Source: Alteromonadaceae bacterium (GTDB lineage: Bacteria; Pseudomonadota; Gammaproteobacteria; Enterobacterales; Alteromonadaceae). From it: a DNA stretch of 64,000 nt. Shown here piece by piece: positions 33,669 to 43,726 of the stretch. Position 1 is the first letter of the stretch. Each line of letters begins with the position of its first letter. The notes under the pieces are model-generated. The model had not been told where the DNA came from and searched no databases. It saw only the letters and a program-made list of their open reading frames with translations. Location: the NCBI GenBank assembly GCA_041890515.1, contig JASDWX010000035.1, forward strand, positions 11,008-75,007, written 5' to 3'. A program made the position numbers and the translations under genes.

Positions 33669-35635
33669 TGCGATTAAAACAATTAACCCTTCAAAATTTT
33701 GGTATTTATAAAGGTAATCACATAGTAGATTTGACTGTAACTGAAGATAAACCTATTATTTTATTTGGTGCACTCAATGGTGGCGGGAAAACGACTTTCC
33801 TTGATGCTCTACAGTTAGTGCTCTATGGAAAGTTTGCAAAGTGTTCAAATAGAGGTCTTCAGTCATATAGTAAATTTTTAACTGCAACTAAAAATATATA
33901 TGCAAGCGATGGCGAAGGAGTCAAACTTTCTCTTATCTTTTCGCATGCAACCGAAACATCAATAAGTGAATTTGAGATCATTCGTACTTGGAACACCAAT
34001 AATGCAGAAACAGTTGATAAGGTTCAAGTTATTTGTAATGGCTTAAATGAACCCCATTTAAGCCAAAATTGGGATGAATTTGTTAATGAATTCATCCCAT
34101 TGTCCTTATCCGATTTATTCTTTTTTGATGGTGAGAAGATTGAAAATTTAGCTCACCCAGAGCGAAGTTCAGAATTAATAAGGACGGGAATCGAAAGTTT
34201 ACTTGGCCTAGACTTATTAACTCAATTACAAATAGATCTTAGTAATGTTGAGCGTAAAAGAAAAAGTGAAAACATTGATAGCTCTGTAGTTGACAAAGTT
34301 ATAGCCTGTGAAGCAGAAATTGGAGAGCAGGATATCGTTGTTGCTGATATCAAAGTCGATATGGCTACTTTAGAGAAAAAGATCAGTGAATATAATATTT
34401 CCATTAATAAATCGCGACAAAAAATTAGAAACTCAGGTGCTCATTTAATTGAAGAAAGAGATAGTATTAAATTTGAATTGGGTGCAATTGAAGAGAAACT
34501 AAGATTTAATTTACAGCAAAAAGTAAAGCTTGATTCAGGAAGCGCCCCTTTAGGCTTAGTCAAAGCATTGCTAACTGAAACAGAGAATCAAATAAAATTA
34601 GAGCAAGAAATTATGAAAGCTAAGATGATTTCAAGCGAAATTAATGAATATGAAAAAGCAGTTAAAGCAGTTCTTACTAAAGAAAATATAGCCTCATCCA
34701 CAATAGGTAAAATTAATGAAACCATGTTATCTCTTTCAAGCCAAAGAAAAGAATTAGCCAAGCAAGAGCGTTATGTTGGGTTTGAACCAGATATATTTAG
34801 CGGTTTAGATAAAAATATCAATGAAGCTGCCCAACAGAAAGTAAAACTAACTATTGATAAAGATTACTTATTGGAACAAAAAGCTCTATTTGATAAAAAG
34901 CTTGAATCAATTCCTGATTACAAAACTGTTGAGCCTTTAATTAAAGAACTCGCAGAATTAGAAGCGTATGCTAAAGATAGCAAAGCAGACTCAAAACAAA
35001 AACAAGGACTATTAGAGCAGGCAGTCGCTAAAAGTGATTTATTAAACTTACGCTATACAAACTTATTGACACAACAAAACAAAGACACCTTTGAGCAAAA
35101 ACGTTCAATACAAGTTGCTGAGCATATAGTTAAATTAAAAGAGACCATGTCAGGTTTTGCAGATACGTTAGTGAGTGAAAATATTGAGTTATTGGAACAG
35201 CATATCAAGAATAAATTCATTGCATTAATGCGCAAAGATAACTTAATTAGCGAAGTTAAAATTTGCCCTTATACCTTTGAACTTTCATTGCAAGATACAA
35301 ACAACGAAGTACTGGAACCAGCCCGCCTATCCGCAGGAGAAAGGCAACTCCTCGCAATAGCCATTTTATGGGGATTAGCAGAGGCTTCAGGGAAAGAGAT
35401 ACCTACTGTAATAGATACCCCTCTAGGTCGCTTAGATGGCCAGCACAGAACTAAATTAATTGATCACTATTTCCCATTGGCCAGTAGCCAAGTAATTTTA
35501 CTATCAACAGATGTCGAATTTAATGGTGAATATTACGATAAATTACATAGCCATATTTCTTGTGAATATAGTATTAACTATATTGAGCAAGCAAAAACGT
35601 CTGTAATAAGTAAGGGGTATTTTAATGTTGCATAA
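33668..35635 (+). CDS. dndD: SMC-like ATPase DndD
   Basis: GALNGGGKTT, FFFDGEKIE, LSAGERQ, DTPLGRLD, LLSTD. Confidence 0.95.
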   Translation: MRLKQLTLQNFGIYKGNHIVDLTVTEDKPIILFGALNGGGKTTFLDALQLVLYGKFAKCSNRGLQSYSKFLTATKNIYASDGEGVKLSLIFSHATETSISEFEIIRTWNTNNAETVDKVQVICNGLNEPHLSQNWDEFVNEFIPLSLSDLFFFDGEKIENLAHPERSSELIRTGIESLLGLDLLTQLQIDLSNVERKRKSENIDSSVVDKVIACEAEIGEQDIVVADIKVDMATLEKKISEYNISINKSRQKIRNSGAHLIEERDSIKFELGAIEEKLRFNLQQKVKLDSGSAPLGLVKALLTETENQIKLEQEIMKAKMISSEINEYEKAVKAVLTKENIASSTIGKINETMLSLSSQRKELAKQERYVGFEPDIFSGLDKNINEAAQQKVKLTIDKDYLLEQKALFDKKLESIPDYKTVEPLIKELAELEAYAKDSKADSKQKQGLLEQAVAKSDLLNLRYTNLLTQQNKDTFEQKRSIQVAEHIVKLKETMSGFADTLVSENIELLEQHIKNKFIALMRKDNLISEVKICPYTFELSLQDTNNEVLEPARLSAGERQLLAIAILWGLAEASGKEIPTVIDTPLGRLDGQHRTKLIDHYFPLASSQVILLSTDVEFNGEYYDKLHSHISCEYSINYIEQAKTSVISKGYFNVA

Positions 35636-35972
35636 TATCGACTCTGTAAGATTGTCTGAAAAACAAAAAACACAACTATCTCAACTCAAAAGAAAAACAG
35701 GAATTGAAAATTGGAATGTTCTCTCCCGTTGGGCTTTGTGTATGTCTTTAGCAGAAAACACTACGCCCCCAATTGAAGATATTCCATCAGACAGTAACGT
35801 TGAAATGTCTTGGAAAGTCTTTGGTGGTGAGCATGCAGATGTATACTTAGCAATACTTCGCGAAACTTATAAAAAACAAAGTGAATATTTGAATAACATT
35901 CACTTTAATGACTTTTTTAAATTGCACCTAAATAGAGGTATTAGTTACTTTTTAACTAATACCTCTATTTGA
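35625..35972 (+). CDS. dndE: DndE
   Basis: LKRKTGIENWNVLSRWALCMSL, EMSWKVFGGE, HLNRGI. Confidence 0.93.
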   Translation: MLHNIDSVRLSEKQKTQLSQLKRKTGIENWNVLSRWALCMSLAENTTPPIEDIPSDSNVEMSWKVFGGEHADVYLAILRETYKKQSEYLNNIHFNDFFKLHLNRGISYFLTNTSI

Positions 35973-35978
35973 TTCAAG

Positions 35979-36863
35979 CTAGTTATTGGTCAATATTCTA
36001 TCTTCAAACCCTTGTAATACTTCGAATAATAAGTTTTCTATGTAAACTATTGAAAATGCATTATTAGATTTAGCAGGTAGCTTTCGCCTATTCCCTGGCC
36101 AATTAAATATACTAGATCTTCCTTTAGGATCTAGATATGACTTAATTTCACCTAAATCTGAACAATATGAGTCATCATATGCATTCGGAATGGAGTAATT
36201 CCAATCATTTCTAACAGTATTTGGTGTGTCGATGCTTTGCCGCTGGGTGTCCAATATATCAATTAAAAGTTCATAAAATTTTAGTTTAGTATTTGATAAG
36301 TTACTTCGAGAAATATTGGATAATATTTGTTTTAAATTTCTCCAAGTAAGATCATGTGGCATATTTTTATCTCTAGAAGAGAATCGAATTGTTATATAGT
36401 CATTTTTTGTGTCAGTAATCTCACCATAGTAATTCCCCGCATCTAATACGTTATTACCCTCACTATGTCTTAATAAGTTTTGACAATGTTCTTTTTTTAA
36501 AAAAAGATTATATTTTCCATGTAATCTTGCCAAAGCAATTGCGGAATAAAACGCAGAGTAATATAGGGTAACTAAAGTCCAAGCAATTGATAAATCAGAT
36601 GATTTTATCATAACTGGATTTCTTTGTTTACGAGCTTTTTGAAGTGAAAAGCTGAAATCTGTTGCTATCACCTCAAAATACTTATTTTCAGAGAATTTAA
36701 CTTCAAACTCTTTTTCGCTCAATATTTTAACATTTACCCCTGTACCTTCAATCAATGATTCTTTCATTGTACTGTTTGGGTGTGGCTGTTGTATGAATAC
36801 CTTTTTAAAGTTTATCGAACTTAATTGGTCAGCAATTTCATTTCTTAAAAATGTAACAGGCAT
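35979..36863 (-). CDS. Hypothetical protein, probable HEPN-like domain
   Basis: YYSAFYSA helix, H.LTW, and RNDWNY (Rx4Y) resemble HEPN/UPF0332 signatures. Confidence 0.5.
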   Translation of the reverse strand: MPVTFLRNEIADQLSSINFKKVFIQQPHPNSTMKESLIEGTGVNVKILSEKEFEVKFSENKYFEVIATDFSFSLQKARKQRNPVMIKSSDLSIAWTLVTLYYSAFYSAIALARLHGKYNLFLKKEHCQNLLRHSEGNNVLDAGNYYGEITDTKNDYITIRFSSRDKNMPHDLTWRNLKQILSNISRSNLSNTKLKFYELLIDILDTQRQSIDTPNTVRNDWNYSIPNAYDDSYCSDLGEIKSYLDPKGRSSIFNWPGNRRKLPAKSNNAFSIVYIENLLFEVLQGFEDRILTNN

Positions 36864-36865
36864 AA

Positions 36866-37837
36866 TTAAAACACATCATCCGGAATACGTTTTTTATCCA
36901 GTATCACTGTCACAATATCTTCAGTTAGCACTTTGATAGCTGCTTTATTTGTTCCTTGGTGAGCATCCCAATTTATCTTACTAAGCTGTTGCAAGGTATC
37001 TTCAAAAGAACTTATTTTATAATTTGTATGATTTAAATAAGTTACATGAGAAATATCGGTAAATGCTGCAAATATCGCTTGAAAAAAAGCGGCATTAGAC
37101 ATTTTTTTATTATCACCAAATATATCAACAAGAACAGATTCTAAACCAATCAGAAAATTTATGATAAGCTTTTGTCTTTGCTCTAATTTATTATAAGTAT
37201 TTAATGGGTTTTTTGTTAATAGCGGTTTGATGGCATTTTGAAAAGCTACATGTGATATCTTTCCGCTTGTACTTTTAGTTCTTGCCATTTTTCCAGATAA
37301 CGGTGATTTAACGTCATTGTCTACAGAATCAAATAATTTTTTTAGAATAAACTCTTCGCTATCTTCTTCTGCACTAAATTTTTCCAGTTCTAATCTGAGA
37401 GTTTTAGGCACCCCCATCTGAAAACCATTTACATCTAAAAAGTATTGTACTTCTGTCGGTTTATCTAAACCAAAGAATATACATACAGGTAAATAGATAT
37501 CACTTTCGGCCTGATATGCGCCATATAGTCTATGCTGTCCATCTATAACTAAAAGTGAGGCTGATGAAGTATCTAATGTTAATTCATTAGTTGCTTCATC
37601 ATAAATAACTTGTTTTTGAGTCGAGCTTAATATAAGTGACCCTGGGATCACCTTCCCTTCATTCAAATATTGAGCTATCTTTTTTACTCTTCCATTACCT
37701 AAAATTCTTTGGTAGCCAACTTCAGGAGACTCTTCTGCGCGAGTGACTGCTGTTAATGGAAATAGCTCCTTCGCTTTAAAGGATGCCAAGAAATATTCTG
37801 AATCGTTGTAACTAACTTTAATTGCTTTTATTTTCAT
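36866..37837 (-). CDS. DGQHR domain protein (DndB/ParB-like NTPase fold)
   Basis: GYQRIL, IPGSLILS, VIDGQHRLYG, F.DVN. Confidence 0.85.
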   Translation of the reverse strand: MKIKAIKVSYNDSEYFLASFKAKELFPLTAVTRAEESPEVGYQRILGNGRVKKIAQYLNEGKVIPGSLILSSTQKQVIYDEATNELTLDTSSASLLVIDGQHRLYGAYQAESDIYLPVCIFFGLDKPTEVQYFLDVNGFQMGVPKTLRLELEKFSAEEDSEEFILKKLFDSVDNDVKSPLSGKMARTKSTSGKISHVAFQNAIKPLLTKNPLNTYNKLEQRQKLIINFLIGLESVLVDIFGDNKKMSNAAFFQAIFAAFTDISHVTYLNHTNYKISSFEDTLQQLSKINWDAHQGTNKAAIKVLTEDIVTVILDKKRIPDDVF

Positions 37838-38148
37838 TTAATATTCTCTAATTATTATACTTAGTAATCTTTAGCTAATTTTTTAAGCTGTAATATTTAT
37901 TATCTTATTGACAAGGTAAGATTAAAAAAAATTAACCGCCAAGATAAAAGCGTTAACGATCATTGGTAATTAGTTTTCTCTTTTAAATTTCAATGGACTT
38001 ATTAACACGTTTTCTAAGTTCATTGAATCTCGATGTTACTATCTTTTTTAAGAATGTTTCATAGAAATCATTTGAGTTCTAAATTGTTCTATTACTTCAG
38101 CAAGTTTAGCTGGCCTTTGTAAGCAACTTATAATGTCTCCTATAAATT

Positions 38149-41100
38149 TCATTTATTATTGTTTTCCCACAATCGAGAAGATGCATTATACTTCCCTCCT
38201 TCTTTGATTAATAAATTAGTCACTGAATTATCCACCTCTAATTCCGTTAAAGCCTCTACTTGAGCATGTATCTCGACTATAGTCATAGGTCTATACATAC
38301 CTTCTAATACCTTTCTGATAGCTTGAGAATAATTAATGCGTCTAACATCTTCCCCCCAATCTGACAATCCTAAAAACATTGCTCTACCTAGGAAAAATCG
38401 GTTATCTCGTTGAGCTAAATTCAACAATGCATAACTAGAAGTTTCATTTGGATCCAATTGGTAAGATGATAAGCATTGTGACACTTCAGAGACATGAATT
38501 CCTTTTTGAGAGTCAGAGAGATAATTAAAAATAGCATCAAGTTTATGATTATTACTTTCTTCTGTTCCACCAATATCTCGATCTATTAGCCCCCAAGTAT
38601 CTGGAGCTACTAGAATCATTCTATCAGTAGGTTGTAGTTGTAAGTCTTCGTGAACTCCTCTAATTTCCCTGAGCTTTTCTTTTATCTCAACTCCTTTCAA
38701 AGCCCGTCCTGAATCTTCGAGTATTTTGGTAAAAGCATCCGCCATATCAACCCGGTCTGTCGATGATTGACCTGAATCAGTCCTAGCCCAAACATTTTTA
38801 TTTAAATAAGTTAATTTTTCAGAACTTTCTAATACCATATTTAAAATGTATTGATTAAGATCTTTAGGCAAGGCAGGAAATTTTTCTTGTAATAATTTCA
38901 AAAATTCAGTCGCATGCCATTGTTTCATCAACGGTCCATTATAAGTTAATGTTTCTACAACTACTCTTAAATGTTGGCAAGTGCCTTCAGAGATAGGATT
39001 AAAATGAGGTAATCCATACACTCCTCTATCAAATAACTTAGCTCCAACTTTGTGAAGACATGAATTAACCTGAGGGGCTGTAACTTTCTTACCAAATTGC
39101 TTGCAAACTCGATCTGCAATAACGCTAAAATGAAGAGGAGATTCGGCTTGATGCAACACACCGAGCGTTGCAGAAACTAATGTTTTACCATAGGAAATTA
39201 AAATTTCTTTTTCTGAAGTAGATTTTTCAAAAACTAACATTTCAGAAAACGTGCCCCACAATAAAGGGTACAGTTCACTTGCACCCTTTTCGTCTAAGGA
39301 AGCTTTCAATGTTAATGTTATATCAGACTTAGTCCACGTATGTTCATTAGCCTTAGATCTTAACGATTTTCTGTAACTGGATATCATAGTGTCCCAATCG
39401 TCCTGATGTATACGAGAAATAACCATTGCGCCATCAATTTTAATCAAGCGGATCTCATTTTCAGAGAATAATTCTATAATTGCAGCTAAGTGCTGATAAT
39501 TCCCTATAAATCCGGTAAACCAGTTATCTTCGATTTCTAACATTTCCAAATATAAAGGTTGTTCACGATTAACTAACAATTCACCTATTTTGATTGCGAT
39601 ACAATCATCCCAATACTCAGTAGTTAAAATTTTCTCAATATTCTTCTTCTGTATTTGGCGAATCCGTTCACGAGTGACTCCTATGATTACTCCAACTTCT
39701 TCTAATGTTTTTACTGGTTCTTGGTACCCTGTTCTATATTCAATAACTTGACGTGCATTCTCTTTCAACTTGGAAATTGAGTTTTCAAAATGTTGCTTTA
39801 AAGATACCTTTGATACTTCGTCCAAACTAGAATTTTCATTTGAACTATTTTTATCATTTTGATTATTTATAAGTGAAGCCTTATTTAGTATATTTTCCGT
39901 TTCTGCTAATAATAAATTACATAAATCAATAGCAGATTTCTTTCCAAAATTGGGCCATTTCAGCATTTCAACGAGTCTATATACTTTTGCTTCATTCAAA
40001 GTGTAAATGTTTTGAATATTAAAAGCATTTACAGTGCGTACAGGTAAATCAAGAATATTCAAATTTGTATTTAAGACTTCTGAAGGTAAAATATCTAAAA
40101 TTTTGTCTAATTCTGAATGATCAACTTTATCTTTTAATAACTTAAAACGGATTAAATCTAATGAATTAATATATTTAGTGGATAGTTTATTTCTATTTAA
40201 TAAATATGACATATCATCGAATATAGAATGCCCCGCTAACTCACTATAAATGCCAGGTTCCAATTCCTGCAATAAATCGATCCAGTTTTGCTCAAGATGA
40301 AGTCGGAACACATCTTCTATATAAATAAAAATTGAACTACACAAATCTTTCAATGAATTAAGACCAAATTTTGGCCAACTAAGTAGTTGACTGATTCTAA
40401 AATTCACTAACATGGATAGGCTTCTAACTTTTTGATCTTTGAATACATTATTTATTCTTACCGAAAACCCTAATGTTTCGATATCTTCACATAGTACTGA
40501 ATAAGGTAATATCTCTAAGACTTCAAATATATCGCTATTATCGATAGTGTCTTTTAAAAAATCAAAGCGAAAGAGATCAACTTTATTAACAACTGATTTA
40601 CTCAGATTAACTCTTAATTTTAAGTAACCACTCTCATTGGAAATATTTAGTTTTATTAACTCACTGCTATCACTATTCTTTTGTGCTAAAAATGCATCAA
40701 ACCAATTTATTTTATACTCACCAGAAGTATTTATTGAAGAAAACAATCCACTTTTATGTTTAATAAATAACTTCGTTGAAGATTTCTGTCGGTATTCTGT
40801 TCCTTCACAGTGCCTATTTAGCTCTACATTTAAAACGTTAATTGGCTTTTTAGCGCCAAACTGAAAAAGATTACGTTCTATGATGTAACCAAAAATTTCT
40901 TCTTTAGTCATCGGCCTAACAAGTGATTCGAGTACTTCAAGCGCGGCTGATGCAATAGTATGGTTACTATCTGCAACTAATGAACTATCGTTACTTGGTT
41001 CATCATTGAGATAGTCATCAGTTTTTTCAATGTTGTAACCGAACCCTGTTAGAAGTTGAAATAGGGTGAGTTGATTACCTTTATATACAGTTTTTTTACT

Positions 41101-41346
41101 AGTATTATACTCTGTTGGTAATGACCATTTTACACTCGCAGATACGAGTATGTTCCCATGAAAATGCTGTATTTCTTCATAACAGGGTGTTTTAGGACGA
41201 ATAAATCCGATATGAATTATACCTACCTTGTCATCTGAATTTTCATTATTCCACAAAGTATAAATTGAGTTTAGCTCTCTATGTACTGTAATATTATCAG
41301 CTCTCGTTTCACTAACTATGCAAAAATACATTTTCAAAGTGGACAT
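38149..41346 (-). CDS. Multidomain HARE-HTH / 2x RNAP alpha-CTD / sigma70 region 4 / winged-helix repeat protein
   Basis: PMTKEEIFGYIIERNLFQFGAKKP; FSVRINNVF..WPKFGLNSL and LPVRTVNAF..WPNFGKKS; TLEEVGVIIGVTRERIRQI; later PLHFSVI / ALKGVEI / PMTIVEIH wHTH-like units. Confidence 0.75.
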   Translation of the reverse strand: MSTLKMYFCIVSETRADNITVHRELNSIYTLWNNENSDDKVGIIHIGFIRPKTPCYEEIQHFHGNILVSASVKWSLPTEYNTSKKTVYKGNQLTLFQLLTGFGYNIEKTDDYLNDEPSNDSSLVADSNHTIASAALEVLESLVRPMTKEEIFGYIIERNLFQFGAKKPINVLNVELNRHCEGTEYRQKSSTKLFIKHKSGLFSSINTSGEYKINWFDAFLAQKNSDSSELIKLNISNESGYLKLRVNLSKSVVNKVDLFRFDFLKDTIDNSDIFEVLEILPYSVLCEDIETLGFSVRINNVFKDQKVRSLSMLVNFRISQLLSWPKFGLNSLKDLCSSIFIYIEDVFRLHLEQNWIDLLQELEPGIYSELAGHSIFDDMSYLLNRNKLSTKYINSLDLIRFKLLKDKVDHSELDKILDILPSEVLNTNLNILDLPVRTVNAFNIQNIYTLNEAKVYRLVEMLKWPNFGKKSAIDLCNLLLAETENILNKASLINNQNDKNSSNENSSLDEVSKVSLKQHFENSISKLKENARQVIEYRTGYQEPVKTLEEVGVIIGVTRERIRQIQKKNIEKILTTEYWDDCIAIKIGELLVNREQPLYLEMLEIEDNWFTGFIGNYQHLAAIIELFSENEIRLIKIDGAMVISRIHQDDWDTMISSYRKSLRSKANEHTWTKSDITLTLKASLDEKGASELYPLLWGTFSEMLVFEKSTSEKEILISYGKTLVSATLGVLHQAESPLHFSVIADRVCKQFGKKVTAPQVNSCLHKVGAKLFDRGVYGLPHFNPISEGTCQHLRVVVETLTYNGPLMKQWHATEFLKLLQEKFPALPKDLNQYILNMVLESSEKLTYLNKNVWARTDSGQSSTDRVDMADAFTKILEDSGRALKGVEIKEKLREIRGVHEDLQLQPTDRMILVAPDTWGLIDRDIGGTEESNNHKLDAIFNYLSDSQKGIHVSEVSQCLSSYQLDPNETSSYALLNLAQRDNRFFLGRAMFLGLSDWGEDVRRINYSQAIRKVLEGMYRPMTIVEIHAQVEALTELEVDNSVTNLLIKEGGKYNASSRLWENNNK

Positions 41347-41351
41347 GAAAT

Positions 41352-41744
41352 CTAGCCTTTATCTAATAAGTAGTCAGTTAATGGTAATTCACCTCGTTGC
41401 TGTAAATGATCATAAAACTCTTTAATACCCTGTTCAGCCAATTGCTCTATATAGCCATAAATACTTGTATCATTCGGGCAAGAATCCAAACACTCAACAA
41501 CTGTAAATAATGTTTTATCAGGATCCAATTCACTGACCCTAAATACAGAGTTACTTTTATCGTTGAGCGCAGGTGGTGCTTTATTTTCTTTTATACCTAT
41601 AGCTACGGCTAAACGGTAAATATCAAACTTAATTAATTTTACTGTTTCATTTTTGGAATCTAGATCTGGATTTAGTTCAATCAGCAATTCATCAAGTTGC
41701 TGGGCGGCTAATGGTGTTAAGCCAATTCTACTAGGTTCGTTCAT
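41352..41744 (-). CDS. pbeD: PbeD-like small protein (DndE-like position)
   Basis: DIYRLAVAIGI, ELDPD, IEQLAEQGI; directly after the DndD-like ATPase. Confidence 0.55.
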   Translation of the reverse strand: MNEPSRIGLTPLAAQQLDELLIELNPDLDSKNETVKLIKFDIYRLAVAIGIKENKAPPALNDKSNSVFRVSELDPDKTLFTVVECLDSCPNDTSIYGYIEQLAEQGIKEFYDHLQQRGELPLTDYLLDKG

Positions 41745-43726
41745 TAGCTACTCCTTACTATTTGAGATTCTGTTGCTGAGATTCTTTCTATTTGATAGCG
41801 AGCACCAATTCGTTCTGCAAAGTTAAACAAGTCTTTACTTGGATCAATTTCACCTTCATGTACAAGTAAAATAACTTGGTCTGCCATTTTTGGTAAGTAT
41901 TTAAGAACATTACTTCGGTGTTTTGGATCTAAACGCCCTAATGGTGTGTCCATAATAATTGGACCTTTTTTTCGAGCAGTTTTATTTAAACCATCGATTA
42001 AAGACAATGCGACTATTTGCTCTGCACCAGCACTACGTTCTTTTAATACTTTTCCTGTATGATCAATAATAGATAGACCATAGTTTTTGTTAATCTCTAA
42101 ACCTGCATATGTTTTTTCAGTAGTTAATTCATTAAATGCATTAGAGGCATAATCAGCCACTTGTTCTCTTAAGGCATCTCTTAATTCATCAATACCATCT
42201 TTAAATAGAGCTTCTAAATCTTGATATAAATTCACTCGGATTGTACTAGATTGCCCCTGGCTACCTGTGCTTTTTGAAATCAATGTTGAAATGTGAGCTT
42301 GGGTTTCACCTAGTTTCTTAAAAGACATATTTCGGTCTTTAATATCGTTTTCAAGCTTAAACAATTGATTTCCTAATCTATCTTTTTTCTCTCTCTGTCG
42401 CATTATCTGATCGGTATCAAAACCTTGTATTTCTTCTTCTATATCATCAAGTTCTGTTTCGATCTTAATAATTCCAACTTGCATTTTTCTTTGTTTTGAA
42501 ACTAATTCACAAATCCTACTGCCTTCATTACTCGACTGTATTTTTGAGAGATTATCTATTTGAGAGTTTATGGCTGTAACATCATCAAAATTAACATGTG
42601 ATAGTTCTGCTTCAGCTTTTAATTCAATAACCTTCTTCTCAATACCATCCATTTCTTTTTGTGGAATATCTTGAGTACAAGTCGGGCAAATTGGCATTTC
42701 TAAACTTTTATGTAACTCGGATATTTTTGCATCTAGTACCGCTTTGGCTTTTGTCGCATTTAACAATGAGTCTCTCTTTGTCTTCAAGTTAATTACAAGT
42801 GGTTGTACACTTTTGAACAACACATCTTTCCAAGCCTCTTTAAACTGTTTTCGTTGCTCGTCAGCATCGTATGCCAATTGGGTTTCTATTGTTTCTCGTT
42901 TAGCTTTTAATACATCTAATTCGTATTTTTTCTTTTGAACAGCTTCAGTATTTTTAAGTTGATCTTCGATATCATCGATATGCTTTTGAACTTCACGTTG
43001 CTGTATTTCTAAGTCTTTTATATCTTTTTCAAACGTTGTTTGTTTTGACTCATTTACTCTTTGTTGTTCTGCGTACATTTTTGCATCTGAAGAATTTTTT
43101 GCATCTCTAGTTTGAGTTCTTCGCGCATCCTTGAGTAGAGATGTAAATTCATTTCTTCCATTTACCAACGCGGGGACTCCTAATGCTTGCTCGATATGTT
43201 CTTTTATTTTTTCACCTTGCTCGCTTTGCTCAACAAGTAAATTTTCATACTCTTGCAATAATTCACCATCAAAAAGGAAGAAACGTGAAATTTCTTCGGG
43301 TGTGACTTGATTTATTTCATTGACGATTAGATCTCCTGTAATTACCTCGTTGTCAATTTTAAGGCCAATCGATTCATCAAAATCACCATCATTTTTTGGT
43401 ACAGAAACATGGCTTTTCTTTTCAATTTGTCTGCGTAGCTCATAACTTTTATTTTCGTGGGTAAACTTAATCATAATTGACATCGACCAATTATCTTCAG
43501 AAGCTGCAATACTATTAATTAAATTTGTACGAGGTATCTCTCTTAGATGTCGACCTAACGCTAGTCCATAAAACCCCCAACGAATAGAATTTAAAAAGCT
43601 TGTTTTTCCTCTCATATTGTCACCAAACAGTAACATTACATTTTGAGTTTCGTGCTGAGGGAAATCTATTTTCTGTTCGCCTTTATATGGCATAAAATTA
43701 TAAATAGTTAACTCTTGCAGTTTCAT
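41744..43726 (-). CDS. pbeC: PbeC-like SMC/Rad50 ATPase
   Basis: GDNMRGKTS, FFLFDGE, CPTC zinc hook, SAGAEQ, DTPLGRLD. Confidence 0.7.
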   Translation of the reverse strand: MKLQELTIYNFMPYKGEQKIDFPQHETQNVMLLFGDNMRGKTSFLNSIRWGFYGLALGRHLREIPRTNLINSIAASEDNWSMSIMIKFTHENKSYELRRQIEKKSHVSVPKNDGDFDESIGLKIDNEVITGDLIVNEINQVTPEEISRFFLFDGELLQEYENLLVEQSEQGEKIKEHIEQALGVPALVNGRNEFTSLLKDARRTQTRDAKNSSDAKMYAEQQRVNESKQTTFEKDIKDLEIQQREVQKHIDDIEDQLKNTEAVQKKKYELDVLKAKRETIETQLAYDADEQRKQFKEAWKDVLFKSVQPLVINLKTKRDSLLNATKAKAVLDAKISELHKSLEMPICPTCTQDIPQKEMDGIEKKVIELKAEAELSHVNFDDVTAINSQIDNLSKIQSSNEGSRICELVSKQRKMQVGIIKIETELDDIEEEIQGFDTDQIMRQREKKDRLGNQLFKLENDIKDRNMSFKKLGETQAHISTLISKSTGSQGQSSTIRVNLYQDLEALFKDGIDELRDALREQVADYASNAFNELTTEKTYAGLEINKNYGLSIIDHTGKVLKERSAGAEQIVALSLIDGLNKTARKKGPIIMDTPLGRLDPKHRSNVLKYLPKMADQVILLVHEGEIDPSKDLFNFAERIGARYQIERISATESQIVRSS

